Notes: a model not told the origin generated them from the letters alone. A stretch of DNA of 20,756 bases from Promethearchaeota archaeon Loki_b31 (GCA_005222975.1 NJBI01000056.1:1-20756), one strand, 5' to 3'. Shown: positions 1-9,035, numbered from the stretch's first letter. Numbers and translations are program-made.

Positions 1-573
1 CTTACCGAGAAAGGGCTCGAAACCTTTAAATCAAGGGTTTATCGAGCGTGGAGGGCAATTATCCGTTCTTTTCGCAAGGAATTAGAAGAATTAAAATCTG
101 GTTTCCAAGACGCAAAATACTTGGTTTTAATGAACCCAATAAACATGGAGCGATTCGAAAAGAAAGCATTAAGAAAAGCACTGGTAAAATTTCCGTGGCT
201 TCGCTCAATCCGTAGAATCGTGACTAAATTTTATTATCAATTTCGCCTCTCCCCTGCAAAACGATGTTCTTTAAACTTCTTATTAGGGCTTGTTTCTGAA
301 CGTTGTCATTCTTGGCTTAAAAGTGCAGTAGATACGCTAATAAGGTATGAGGAACAAATCTTTCGTTTCCAAGTGCTAATTGAGAAATATCCGGCGTTAA
401 AGAATGTTAAGTCGATAAAAGTAGTTGATGAATCGACCATGAGAAAGATTAACAAACTGTATCAAACGCAGTTCGGGATGCGAACGGTTGAAACTCTGGA
501 GATGAGACTTAAACACTATCTTGAGTGTCCTTTCATCATAGTTCCAAGCGTTTTGGAAGAATTAAAAAGTTAG
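1..573 (+). CDS. Transposase, probably ISL3 family; C-terminal part, 5' end outside the window
   Basis: Frame 1 is open from base 1 (LTEKGLETFKSRVYRAWRAIIRSFRKEL...DAKYLVLMNP...) to TAG at 571-573, so the TTG at 121 is not the true start. The C-terminus VVDESTMRKINKLYQTQFGMRTVETLEMRL resembles the ISL3 C-terminal pattern (TN..E..N.KIK....R..GFR......RI), with the Glu of DES as candidate third DDE residue. The protein is basic and Arg/Lys rich. Confidence 0.6.
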   Translation, partial: LTEKGLETFKSRVYRAWRAIIRSFRKELEELKSGFQDAKYLVLMNPINMERFEKKALRKALVKFPWLRSIRRIVTKFYYQFRLSPAKRCSLNFLLGLVSERCHSWLKSAVDTLIRYEEQIFRFQVLIEKYPALKNVKSIKVVDESTMRKINKLYQTQFGMRTVETLEMRLKHYLECPFIIVPSVLEELKS

Positions 574-681
574 CTATTATTCAAAGATCATACTCTAAAA
601 AAAAAGCAATAAAATTATTTATTATTGAAATAAAAAGTACAATTAAAATTTTCTTATTCAATCAACGGAAATGGCCAGAGG
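1..681 (+). mobile_element. Right end of a putative ISL3-like insertion sequence
   Basis: The transposase-like ORF is followed about 90 bp later by a short GC-richer patch in AT-rich DNA (atcaacggaaatggccagagg, 661-681), a candidate right terminal inverted repeat. The left end and target duplication are outside the window, so the boundary is tentative. Confidence 0.4.
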
Positions 682-738
682 ATTAAACATATATCGTAAT
701 TTATATAATATAAATAAAAGCTATAAATTCCAACTAAA

Positions 739-1284
739 TTAAATTTTGTTTGCTTGTTTTAAAGCAGTGATAATATTTTGATAAATAAATTCTTGATTTT
801 CCCTAGTTACTGTGAAAAACTTGATGTTTGGATTGCTTAAAACAAATTTCTTTAATGGGTGATGCAACTTTTGTCCTATTGTTGCTACTATGTTAATATT
901 AGTCTGAAAAATCCTCCTGATGAAATTTTGAAATTTCTCTGAATATAATTCCATTTTTCCAATTTCATCGAGAAAGATTATATCGACAGGTTTGAAATCG
1001 AGAGAATCAAGATGTGATATTATTTTCTCAAATTCTTCAATGAATACATGATATTTACCTAGCTTGAATTGAGTGGTATAGCTTCCTACCCTTGCCAATT
1101 TGTATCTTTTTTTAGTATCCAACTCTTGAACATCAAACCCTAATCTCCGGTCGTCTTTTTTTACTTCTGGAGTTATAAAACCATAAATATTATGTTCTTT
1201 TTGTGAGCAAAAATTAATCAATTTAGAAATTAATGTCGATTTTCCAGATCTAGGTGGACCAGTGATAAGTATTTTAACGCTCAT
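739..1284 (-). CDS. Nucleoside-triphosphatase, THEP1/NTPase_1 family
   Basis: N-terminal KILITGPPRSGKST (Walker A), GFITPEV...RLGF, GKYHV, and IIFLDEIGKMEL (family Walker B signature); 181 aa. Confidence 0.92.
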   Translation of the reverse strand: MSVKILITGPPRSGKSTLISKLINFCSQKEHNIYGFITPEVKKDDRRLGFDVQELDTKKRYKLARVGSYTTQFKLGKYHVFIEEFEKIISHLDSLDFKPVDIIFLDEIGKMELYSEKFQNFIRRIFQTNINIVATIGQKLHHPLKKFVLSNPNIKFFTVTRENQEFIYQNIITALKQANKI

Positions 1285-1396
1285 AATTCAGTTTTCAACT
1301 ATGATTTAATTAAAAGTATTTATATAATTATATAAGTTAAATAATCTTAGTAACGGGATAAAAAACCATATTTGAGATTTTAAATTATTAACTCTT

Positions 1397-2521
1397 TTAT
1401 TTTGAGCTCAATTTTTTGAATTTTAGCAATAATTCTTTTTGTTCCTCAGTAATTTTCTTAGGAATTTCAATATTAATTATAATGTATTGATCTCCCTTAC
1501 CTCTCCCCCTTAAATAAGTAGCGCCCCTATTTTTAATTCTAAATTCTGTACCGTGTTGGGTTCCTGCGGGTATTTTTAACTCTTTCTCAGTTAATTTTTC
1601 AGTTTTGTAATCTAATGTTGGGACTCTAATTTCTCCTCCTAAAGTTGCTGTTACAATATCTATATCAATTGGAGTATAAAGATCGTTTCTGCGGCGTATA
1701 AAGTTTTCGTTTTCTTTAATTTTAATGCCTAAATAAAGATCGCCTGGAATTGCTCTAGAAGAAGGAATATGTCCTGCCCCTTGAACTTTTAAATGAACGC
1801 CATTTTCTACGCCAGGTGGAATACTTACATGAATTGTTTTAGTTTCAGGGGTTACTTTCATTCCATTACATATTGGACATTTTTTTTTAATTACTTTGCC
1901 TGTTCCATTACAAGTATAGCATTCAGATTCGCGTATGATTGTTCCAAAACCAGATTGGGTCATCTTTCTCGTCCGCCCCGATCCATTACATTGAGGGCAA
2001 ATTTTTATACTTGACGGATCTTCAGCTCCCGTTCCCTCACAATCGTCGCATGGTACGTATCTTTTAATAATAACATCTTTTTTCGTACCAAACATAGCAT
2101 CCTCAAATGTAATTTCGATGTGATCTTCAAGATCTTGCCCTACTTCCCGACGCGGTGCTGATCTGGCTCTACCTCGAGAGCCAAAAATGCTCCCGAAACT
2201 ATCTCCAAACATGCCCCCTCCAAAAAGCGAACTGAGTAAATCATCTAAACCAGGGATTCCACCTCTGAAAAAACTACTCATATCAACATCAACACCGCTA
2301 AAACCATATCTATCGTAATTTGTTCTTTTATCAGGATTACTCAAAACTTCATATGCTTCTTGAAGCTCAATAAATTTTTCCTTGGCTTTAGGATCAGTCT
2401 TATTGAGATCAGGGTGAAGTTTCCTTGCCAGCCGTCTATACGCAAGTTTTATATCGTTTTCACTAGCATCTTTACTAACATGTAAAACCTCGTAGTAATC
2501 TCGTTTTTTGCTTGAACTCAT
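1397..2521 (-). CDS. dnaJ: Chaperone DnaJ (class A J-protein)
   Basis: J-domain RDYYEVL...LHPDLN, a G/F-rich linker, four Zn-finger repeats ([32 protein letters not shown]) and C-terminal GDLY, IPAGTQ and GDQY motifs. Confidence 0.98.
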   Translation of the reverse strand: MSSSKKRDYYEVLHVSKDASENDIKLAYRRLARKLHPDLNKTDPKAKEKFIELQEAYEVLSNPDKRTNYDRYGFSGVDVDMSSFFRGGIPGLDDLLSSLFGGGMFGDSFGSIFGSRGRARSAPRREVGQDLEDHIEITFEDAMFGTKKDVIIKRYVPCDDCEGTGAEDPSSIKICPQCNGSGRTRKMTQSGFGTIIRESECYTCNGTGKVIKKKCPICNGMKVTPETKTIHVSIPPGVENGVHLKVQGAGHIPSSRAIPGDLYLGIKIKENENFIRRRNDLYTPIDIDIVTATLGGEIRVPTLDYKTEKLTEKELKIPAGTQHGTEFRIKNRGATYLRGRGKGDQYIIINIEIPKKITEEQKELLLKFKKLSSK

Positions 2522-2605
2522 GATCTTTTAGTCACTTAATAATATGTCCAAAAAAATTAAATGTAAAATAAAAAGAAAAGTAAATTAATAAAAACCTCGA
2601 AAAGT

Positions 2606-4582
2606 TTAGTCTGATTCATCCCAGTCTACATCGACTACTTTGCCCTTCTTTTTCTTATCTTCTTTATCTTTTTTATAAGCAGCTCCACCTGCACCGGCAC
2701 CATCCATCCCATCTGGAGGGAAACCGCCCATTCCACTAGCTGCTTGTTGTGCTTGTTCTGCTGCTTGCTGATATACTTGATCTTGAGCCTGTTGGCTATA
2801 TATCCTTTGAGAGAAACCATGTATCGACTTTTGCAAGTTTTCAATACCCATTTTAATTCTTTGAAGATCATCTGTTTTAATATCTTCTTCTAAAGATTTA
2901 ATTGCTGCTTCTATTTCGCCTTTTTCCTTCTCTTCGATCTTATCTTTATTATCCTCCATCAGTTTCTTTGTCTGATAGATCATAGAGTCTGCAGCATTTT
3001 TTGATTCGATTAACTCCCTTAGCTTTTTATCTTCTTCTTCAAATTGTTCTGCGTTTCTAATTTTCTCCGCAATTTCTTCAGCCGTTAAACCTCTCGCACC
3101 AGTAACCGTAATACCTGTTTCTTTTCCAGTTCCCAAATCTTTTGCATTGACGTGAACAATGCCATCAGCATCAATCGAGAATTTCACTTCAATTTGCGGT
3201 ATTCCACGTGGAGCAGGCGGAATTCCAGTCAGGTGAAACATTCCTAATGTTATATTATCTTTTGCCATTGTTCTTTCTCCTTGCAAAACATTGACCTCGA
3301 CGCCTGGTTGATTATCCGCAGCAGTGCTAAATACTTGTTTTTTTTCCGTTGGAATCGTTGAATTTCGCTCTATTAGCTTTGTAAACACGCCTCCCAAGGT
3401 CTCAATTCCTAAGGAAAGAGGTGTAACATCCAATAAAAGAAGATCTTCAACATCACCCGCAATGATACCTCCCTGAATCGAAGCTCCAATCGCAACGCAT
3501 TCCATAGGATCAACTGAGTGCTCTGGTTCTTTACCAAAGAAGTTCTTAAATCTTTTCTGAACAGAGGGCATTCTCGTTGGACCACCAACTAAAATAACTT
3601 TATCAATTTCATTAACTCCAATTTTAGCGTCGGTTATGGCTCTTTTCATTATAGGATCTAATCTTCTTAAAGTAGGTTCAATTAATTGTTCCAATTTTGC
3701 CCGCGTAAGTTCAATTTCTATATGAACTGGATTTCCATCTTTTTGAGTAATGTAAGGTAAGTTAATTTGAGTACTTAAAGTAGTAGATAATTCGATTTTT
3801 GCTTTTTCTGCTGCGTCTTTAATTCTTATCATAGCTTTACTGTCTCCTTTAAGATTAATCCCCTCTTTCTTTTGAAAGTTATCGAGGCCCCAATCTATAA
3901 TAGCATTGTCCATATCGGTCCCTCCTAGCTGTGTATCGCCACCCGTAGATAAAACTTCTACTACACCCTCCCCATATTCCATCAAAGTTATATCAAAAGT
4001 TCCTCCTCCTAAGTCTAAAACGCAAATTTTTAGGAGTTTATCTTTTGTATCTCTATCAAGACCGTAAGCTAAGCATGCTGCTGTAGGTTCGTTTATCATA
4101 CGTACAACTTCAAGTCCAGCAATCTCACCGGCATTCTTAGTAGCTGTTCTTTGGGCGTCGTTAAAATAAGCTGGAACGGTAATAACTGCTTTCTTTATTT
4201 CCTTCCCGAGATAAGCAGATGCATCGTTCTTAATCTTTTTTAAAATCATCGCGCTAATTTCTTCAGGGGAAAACTCCTTCCATTCGCTTCCAACTTTAAC
4301 TTTTGCTTTATATGAAGTTCCCATTTTTCTTTTAATAGCGTAAACAGTTCCATCCGGGTTACTGACTGCTTGCCTTCTAGCTGGTTCACCTACGATTTTT
4401 CTACCGTTATCATCAAAAGCAACATAAGAAGGAAATGCTTTGCCTCCTAACGTCCTTCCTTCGGCAGCAGGGATAATTTCTGGTTGTCCAGTTCCACTTA
4501 AAACGGCGCATGCGCTGTTAGATGTTCCCAAATCGATTCCAATGATTTTTTCTTTTTTCTTCGGTTTGCTTTCTTCACTCAT
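2606..4582 (-). CDS. dnaK: Chaperone DnaK (Hsp70), archaeal/monoderm type
   Basis: [37 protein letters not shown], linker [25 protein letters not shown] and C-terminal [10 protein letters not shown]. It lacks the ~23 aa diderm insert in the ATPase domain and carries [17 protein letters not shown], which I recall from archaeal DnaKs. Confidence 0.99.
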   Translation of the reverse strand: MSEESKPKKKEKIIGIDLGTSNSACAVLSGTGQPEIIPAAEGRTLGGKAFPSYVAFDDNGRKIVGEPARRQAVSNPDGTVYAIKRKMGTSYKAKVKVGSEWKEFSPEEISAMILKKIKNDASAYLGKEIKKAVITVPAYFNDAQRTATKNAGEIAGLEVVRMINEPTAACLAYGLDRDTKDKLLKICVLDLGGGTFDITLMEYGEGVVEVLSTGGDTQLGGTDMDNAIIDWGLDNFQKKEGINLKGDSKAMIRIKDAAEKAKIELSTTLSTQINLPYITQKDGNPVHIEIELTRAKLEQLIEPTLRRLDPIMKRAITDAKIGVNEIDKVILVGGPTRMPSVQKRFKNFFGKEPEHSVDPMECVAIGASIQGGIIAGDVEDLLLLDVTPLSLGIETLGGVFTKLIERNSTIPTEKKQVFSTAADNQPGVEVNVLQGERTMAKDNITLGMFHLTGIPPAPRGIPQIEVKFSIDADGIVHVNAKDLGTGKETGITVTGARGLTAEEIAEKIRNAEQFEEEDKKLRELIESKNAADSMIYQTKKLMEDNKDKIEEKEKGEIEAAIKSLEEDIKTDDLQRIKMGIENLQKSIHGFSQRIYSQQAQDQVYQQAAEQAQQAASGMGGFPPDGMDGAGAGGAAYKKDKEDKKKKGKVVDVDWDESD

Positions 4583-4681
4583 GATAAAAATATCATCATC
4601 TATATTTTATTTAAAGCGTTGATAATCTTGCATTTTATTTAATTATATTATTTAAAAAAATTAAAGTTTTTCTATTTTAGT

Positions 4682-4855
4682 TTAATATGATGATAAATCA
4701 TGAGTTTTTAACTCAATTTCTTCAAAATTATCAGATCTCATGATTCTTTTTAATTTTCTGTTATTTTCTAAGATTTTAGATTTTTGTTCAGAGGTAACTG
4801 AATTATTCTTACTTAAAAATTGCTCAGCATTCTGTATAAGGAATGTTGATCGTTT
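4682..4855 (-). pseudogene. Hsp70 C-terminal lid-like fragment (gene remnant or small protein)
   Basis: Residues 25-81 of the 4682..4927 ORF (STFLIQNAEQFLSKNNSVTSEQKSKILENNRKLKRIMRSDNFEEIELKTHDL) align by eye with the lid helices of the adjacent DnaK ([53 protein letters not shown]). The first 24 codons look like AT-rich non-coding DNA. Confidence 0.5.
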
Positions 4856-4933
4856 ATAAACATAAAATAAAAAAATAATAAAATTTTTTATTAAATTATA
4901 GAAATAAAGTATTCTTGTGAAAATCAATAGTAT

Positions 4934-4954
4934 TAAAAATTTATAATTTATAAT
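4934..4954 (+). promoter_or_regulatory. Candidate archaeal TATA box(es) for grpE
   Basis: An A-run followed by tandem TTTATAAT; the first copy (4940-4947) lies about 26 bp upstream of the ATG at 4966, which would fit a leaderless or short-leader transcript. AT richness makes chance matches common. Confidence 0.35.
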
Positions 4955-4965
4955 GGTTTTTGCTT

Positions 4966-5811
4966 ATGACTCGGAAAAAAGAAAAGAAAGAAAATCCAAG
5001 CAATAAAGCGTTGTTAGAGGATGAGGATGAAATTGTTATTGATGATAGTAAAGAAGGTACAAGTAAAGAACAAGACGATTTACAAGCTAAAATAGAAGTA
5101 CAAGATATTAAGCTTATAGAAGGTGAAGAACAAAAAGTTCTTGAGTATTACTCTAAGGATAATTTCATAGAGGAGATTAAGATTCTTGAAGAAAGCAATA
5201 AAAAGAAAGATGAGCAACTTTTAAAGTATCAAACCGAAAGCGACGATTGGAAAAATAAATACACGAGACTTCAAGCAGAGTTTGAGAACGCTCAAAAACG
5301 TTGGAACAAAAATCGACAGAATTTAAGGATAGAATACACAGCATCGGCTCTGAAAACATTTCTACCTTTATATGATTCCTTTAAAAAAGCACTTGAAAAT
5401 AGCGACGAAAACCAAGTAATCTTGAAGGGTTTTTTTGATCAGTTTATTAATATTTTGAAGTATCATAAAGCAATACCTATTAAAGTTAAGGTAAACGATA
5501 CTTTTGATTACAATTACCACGAAGCTTTAAGCTCAATAGAAAGGGACGATCTTCCCAACAATACGATTATTAATATCATTCAAGATGGTTGGAAGTTAGA
5601 TAAAGAAGTGATACGCTACGCTAAAGTTATTGTTTCTCGTGTTCCGCCCCCACCTGAACCTGAACCAGAGGTAAAGGCAGAGCTAGAAGAAGAAATCACT
5701 CAAGAAAATAAAGAGAGTGAAGCTATTAGCAATGAAAACGAAAAAGAAAAACAACAAGAAACAGAGAAAGCAGATAAAGAAACAGTTGAACCTGAAGAAA
5801 AGAACCAGTAA
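4966..5811 (+). CDS. grpE: Nucleotide exchange factor GrpE with acidic N- and C-terminal extensions
   Basis: YTRLQAEFENAQKR coiled coil, FLPLYDSFKKAL, FDYNYHEAL and IIQDGWKLDKEVIRYAKVIVS are GrpE signatures. I prefer the ATG at 4966 to the TTG at 4960. Confidence 0.95.
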   Translation: MTRKKEKKENPSNKALLEDEDEIVIDDSKEGTSKEQDDLQAKIEVQDIKLIEGEEQKVLEYYSKDNFIEEIKILEESNKKKDEQLLKYQTESDDWKNKYTRLQAEFENAQKRWNKNRQNLRIEYTASALKTFLPLYDSFKKALENSDENQVILKGFFDQFINILKYHKAIPIKVKVNDTFDYNYHEALSSIERDDLPNNTIINIIQDGWKLDKEVIRYAKVIVSRVPPPPEPEPEVKAELEEEITQENKESEAISNENEKEKQQETEKADKETVEPEEKNQ

Positions 5812-5823
5812 GATTTTGAATTC

Positions 5824-5853
5824 TTGAGAACTTATCTTCTCAAATCTTTTCTT
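5824..5853 (+). terminator. Candidate terminator after grpE
   Basis: Perfect 7-bp stem ttgagaa-cttatc-ttctcaa (5824-5843) followed by the pyrimidine tract atcttttctt. Confidence 0.35.
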
Positions 5854-5993
5854 ATTGATTATATGTAATAATTTATAATTTCAATGTTAATGAATAGACT
5901 ACATTATGATTTATAATAAAAACTTTTTATTACTTGAGTTTAGTTATGTAAACTTAGTATAACAAAAAAAATACTAAATAAAAGAGATAAGAA

Positions 5994-6851
5994 ATGTCAA
6001 AAATTCGAGATGTAAAAGTAACTCTAAAAAGTAGATCAACAATGGAAGGAGCGGGGGTTAGATTGAAACGAGCGTTTGGATACGCTGATCCTTCATTAGA
6101 TCCGTTTTTACTTTTAGACGATTTCCATTCAGATGATCCTAACGACTATTTAGCCGGATTTCCATGGCACCCTCATCGAGGAATAGAAACGATCACTTAC
6201 ATGCTCCATGGGCAAATAGAACATAGAGATAGTATGGACAATACCGGCGTTATAGGGGCTGGTGATGTTCAATGGATGACTGCTGGGAGCGGGATAATAC
6301 ATCAAGAAATGCCGAAGAAAAATGAGAACGATCCTCTCTTAGCTGGCTTCCAATTGTGGGCAAACCTTCCTGCATCTCATAAAATGATGGATCCACGCTA
6401 TCGAGATATAACAAAAAAACGGATTCCCGAAGTTATCGTAAATGATAGCGTGAGAGTGAAAATAATTTGTGGTGAAGTAAATGGTGTCAAAGGACCCGTG
6501 CAAGATATAGTAACCGATCCAGAATATTTAGATGTCTCTATAGAGCCAAATTCTGAATTTAAACACGCAATAGATAATACTCATAATGTTTTTGCATATG
6601 TCATTGAGGGAGAGGGTATTTTTGATCCAAGTAAAGATACTTTAGTTAATGCTGAAAATTTAGTAATTTATAAAGACGGAGATGAAGTAGTCGTGAAAAC
6701 TAAAGAGAAGCCCATTAGATTCCTTTTAATATCCGGTAAACCGATAGGAGAGCCTGTGGTATGGAGGGGACCAATTGTAATGAACACTGAAGAGGAATTA
6801 AGATTAGCATTTAGAGATTACTCTCAAGGTACCTTTATAAAACATAAATAA
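5994..6851 (+). CDS. Pirin family protein (bicupin, metal-binding)
   Basis: EGAGVRLKR, DPFLLLD, GFPWHPHRGIETITY, WMTAGSGIIHQE, QLWANLP and GPIVMNT; the His-His-His-Glu metal ligands are intact. Confidence 0.97.
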   Translation: MSKIRDVKVTLKSRSTMEGAGVRLKRAFGYADPSLDPFLLLDDFHSDDPNDYLAGFPWHPHRGIETITYMLHGQIEHRDSMDNTGVIGAGDVQWMTAGSGIIHQEMPKKNENDPLLAGFQLWANLPASHKMMDPRYRDITKKRIPEVIVNDSVRVKIICGEVNGVKGPVQDIVTDPEYLDVSIEPNSEFKHAIDNTHNVFAYVIEGEGIFDPSKDTLVNAENLVIYKDGDEVVVKTKEKPIRFLLISGKPIGEPVVWRGPIVMNTEEELRLAFRDYSQGTFIKHK

Positions 6852-6940
6852 TGTTCTCAACTTTTAATTGTAAACCTAAAAAGTTATTAGTTGTTTATGA
6901 TTTATAATTATAAATATCAAATTCGTTTAGTGCTTTTAAT

Positions 6941-7192
6941 ATGAGTGATGAACCTCAATTTCCAGAGCTCCCTGACATCGGAGAAATACTCGGTCGAAAA
7001 GATCGCTTTATACAGAAGAAAACAACGGTCTTAAAGTGTGGAGAATGCAAAGCTAAGTATTCTCGAGAGTTTAAAGCGGGAGACTTTACTTTTAAAAAGT
7101 TAGACGACGAAGAATGTGAAAAATGCAATCGTAGTAAGACTCTCGTTGTTGAAGAGATTTATTCCGAATGGATCGATCCAAAGAAAAAATAA
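6941..7192 (+). CDS. Small Zn-ribbon protein of unknown function
   Basis: CGEC...REFKAGDFTFK...CEKC...EEIY: two CxxC pairs around an R.FK.GD motif that I recall from conserved archaeal hypothetical proteins. A TATA-like element lies upstream. Confidence 0.8.
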   Translation: MSDEPQFPELPDIGEILGRKDRFIQKKTTVLKCGECKAKYSREFKAGDFTFKKLDDEECEKCNRSKTLVVEEIYSEWIDPKKK

Positions 7193-7252
7193 TAATTCTG
7201 TTTCTCAAGACCTTTTATTTTCTAAAAAGAATTAAGGTTTATTATTTAATTC

Positions 7253-7888
7253 TCAGCTTTTTGCTCTTTTTCTATTAACAGTAATATATATGCTTCCCAA
7301 AACTAAACCCACTCCAACTAATAAACAAATGCTTATTGAATACCATAGAATGCCGAGTCTGCTAATATCCAGAAAGGGATATATGTAATCACCTGTGAAA
7401 CTGCCATGTATAAAAGAGAACAATAAATAACATAGCGGATATATGGTCCAATAAGTTAAATAATTCCAATTATATTTCAATTTAGTTTCTGTTAGTACCC
7501 AATCAACTATGAAAGCGATCGGGGTAAAATAGTGTAATATAATATTACTAAAAGCCGCAAATCCTGTGGGATGGTAAAAGAGTTGCAATAAAATTGCAAA
7601 GAAAATGAATGTTGTCGTTATATAGAGAGTAAATGCACCTTTCAGTAGTCCAGTTATTTTTTTAAGAGATTCTGGTTTATTATACCATACAATTGCGAAT
7701 ATAAGCCATCCAGAAACCATTAAGTTTGTTTGTATTGTGTAATATTTAAAACTATTTAACCATATAAAAGGTAATCCAGATGTAATTGAACTGATGGACC
7801 AGCTAGCTATAATAGTGAATAAAGTTAGTGTTAGGATAATTAAGCGATAAATCAAAATAATTCTATTTGTAAGAGTTATGTTTTTCAT
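7253..7888 (-). CDS. Pr6Pr / FAR-17a-AIG1-like integral membrane protein
   Basis: About six hydrophobic helices with motifs FKYYTIQTN, ILHYFTP...DW, YPLCY and YIYPFLD. Confidence 0.85.
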   Translation of the reverse strand: MKNITLTNRIILIYRLIILTLTLFTIIASWSISSITSGLPFIWLNSFKYYTIQTNLMVSGWLIFAIVWYNKPESLKKITGLLKGAFTLYITTTFIFFAILLQLFYHPTGFAAFSNIILHYFTPIAFIVDWVLTETKLKYNWNYLTYWTIYPLCYLLFSFIHGSFTGDYIYPFLDISRLGILWYSISICLLVGVGLVLGSIYITVNRKRAKS

Positions 7889-8036
7889 TTTTAAGACTGC
7901 TAAATTATATTTAATTATATCTTTTGAAAGAACAATAATATAAAAACAATTTTTTTTCTTTCTTCTTATAGTATCAAAATAAGGGTTAATTTATGCTGTA
8001 AAATCTGATTTAAATCTAAAGAAATTGAAAAGCCTT

Positions 8037-9029
8037 TTATTCTATTCCTAATAATTTAATAATTAAATTTGCCATAGAATAAGGATCAAGGCTTTTATCC
8101 ATAACTAATCTAATGTATTCGTCAATAGCAGAGTTGGAACTAATTAAACCTTCTACTTTTTTTGTGATTTTATGCTTTAGAATTTGAAGCGTTTCACTTT
8201 TTATTCGATTTACTTGATAGCTCGCTATAATTCCTGATTCTTCTAAGAATTTTTTGTGCTCTTCAATTAGCTCAATTACTCTTTCAAAATTTTCGCTTGT
8301 TTTCGAATTAACTTTTACGATTTTGGGAGTCCATTTCACTATTTTTGCGTAATTTTCATCAATATTATTAGATTGATACTTATAAGTCATGTCTAATTCT
8401 AACATCTGAGTAATTTCAGCAACTTTTTTGTCAGCCCCAGATAGATCCATCTTGTTTACAACAAAAATATCTGTGATTTCCATGATTCCAGCTTTAATAG
8501 CTTGGATATCGTCTCCCATACCGGGAACTAAGAGTACAACAACAGTATGAGCTGATTTAAATATGTCTACTTCTGATTGCCCCACTCCAACGGTTTCAAC
8601 AATAACAATATCACATCCGTAAGCATCTAAGATCTTTATTGAATCTTCAGTTGCTCTAGCTAAACCACCTAGTTGCCCTCTATTTGCCATGCTTCTAATA
8701 AAAACATTATCTAGAGAAAAGTTTTCTTTCATTCGGATTCTATCCCCTAACAAAGCGCCTCCTGTTAAAGGAGAAGTCGGATCTACGCAAATTATTCCAA
8801 TTTTTTTGCCTTGCTTAACAAAAAACTTAGTTAAATTTGAGATAAAAGTCGATTTTCCGCTTCCTGGCGCCCCTGTAACGCCTAAAATATATGCTTTCCC
8901 CGTATTCTTGTATATTACACTAACAATTTCTTCTGCGGCTTCAATATCATTCTCTACTAAAGTGATTAGACGTGCTGTTGCTCTAGTATTTCCTTCTAGC
9001 AATTTATCTATTAAATCAGAATAATGCAT
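8037..9029 (-). CDS. meaB: Acyl-CoA mutase-associated GTPase MeaB (ArgK/MMAA family)
   Basis: ARLITLVEN, GVTGAPGSGKST, VDPTSPLTGGALLGDRIRM, FIRSMANRGQLGGL, VETVGVGQSE, GDDIQAIKAGIMEI and VNKMD; starts just downstream of the B12-binding subunit gene. Confidence 0.97.
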   Translation of the reverse strand: MHYSDLIDKLLEGNTRATARLITLVENDIEAAEEIVSVIYKNTGKAYILGVTGAPGSGKSTFISNLTKFFVKQGKKIGIICVDPTSPLTGGALLGDRIRMKENFSLDNVFIRSMANRGQLGGLARATEDSIKILDAYGCDIVIVETVGVGQSEVDIFKSAHTVVVLLVPGMGDDIQAIKAGIMEITDIFVVNKMDLSGADKKVAEITQMLELDMTYKYQSNNIDENYAKIVKWTPKIVKVNSKTSENFERVIELIEEHKKFLEESGIIASYQVNRIKSETLQILKHKITKKVEGLISSNSAIDEYIRLVMDKSLDPYSMANLIIKLLGIE

Positions 9030-9035
9030 TGTATG

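Noticed and set aside
1320-1335. Perfect 16-bp palindrome ttatataattatataa upstream of the NTPase (similar AT palindrome at 699-715)
   Set aside because: Pure A/T palindromes are expected by chance at this base composition. It may simply be the NTPase TATA box, and there is no support for an operator.
1793-2014. 73-aa plus-strand ORF
   Set aside because: Antisense shadow inside dnaJ with no recognisable motif.
2635-2871. 78-aa minus-strand ORF in an alternative frame
   Set aside because: Out-of-frame overlap with the low-complexity 3' end of dnaK; no independent evidence.
4440-4622. 60-aa plus-strand ORF
   Set aside because: Antisense to the conserved dnaK N-terminus.
4856-4927. Hydrophobic N-terminal 24 residues of the 81-aa ORF as a signal or TM segment
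   Set aside because: The F/I/L/Y/N/K content is what translation of extremely AT-rich intergenic DNA produces, and the start codon is TTG.
4583-4965. CIRCE or other heat-shock operator between dnaK and grpE
   Set aside because: No match to TTAGCACTC-N9-GAGTGCTAA and no convincing inverted repeat seen by eye.
5177-5359. 60-aa minus-strand ORF
   Set aside because: Antisense shadow of grpE.
8689-9024. 111-aa plus-strand ORF
   Set aside because: Antisense shadow of meaB.
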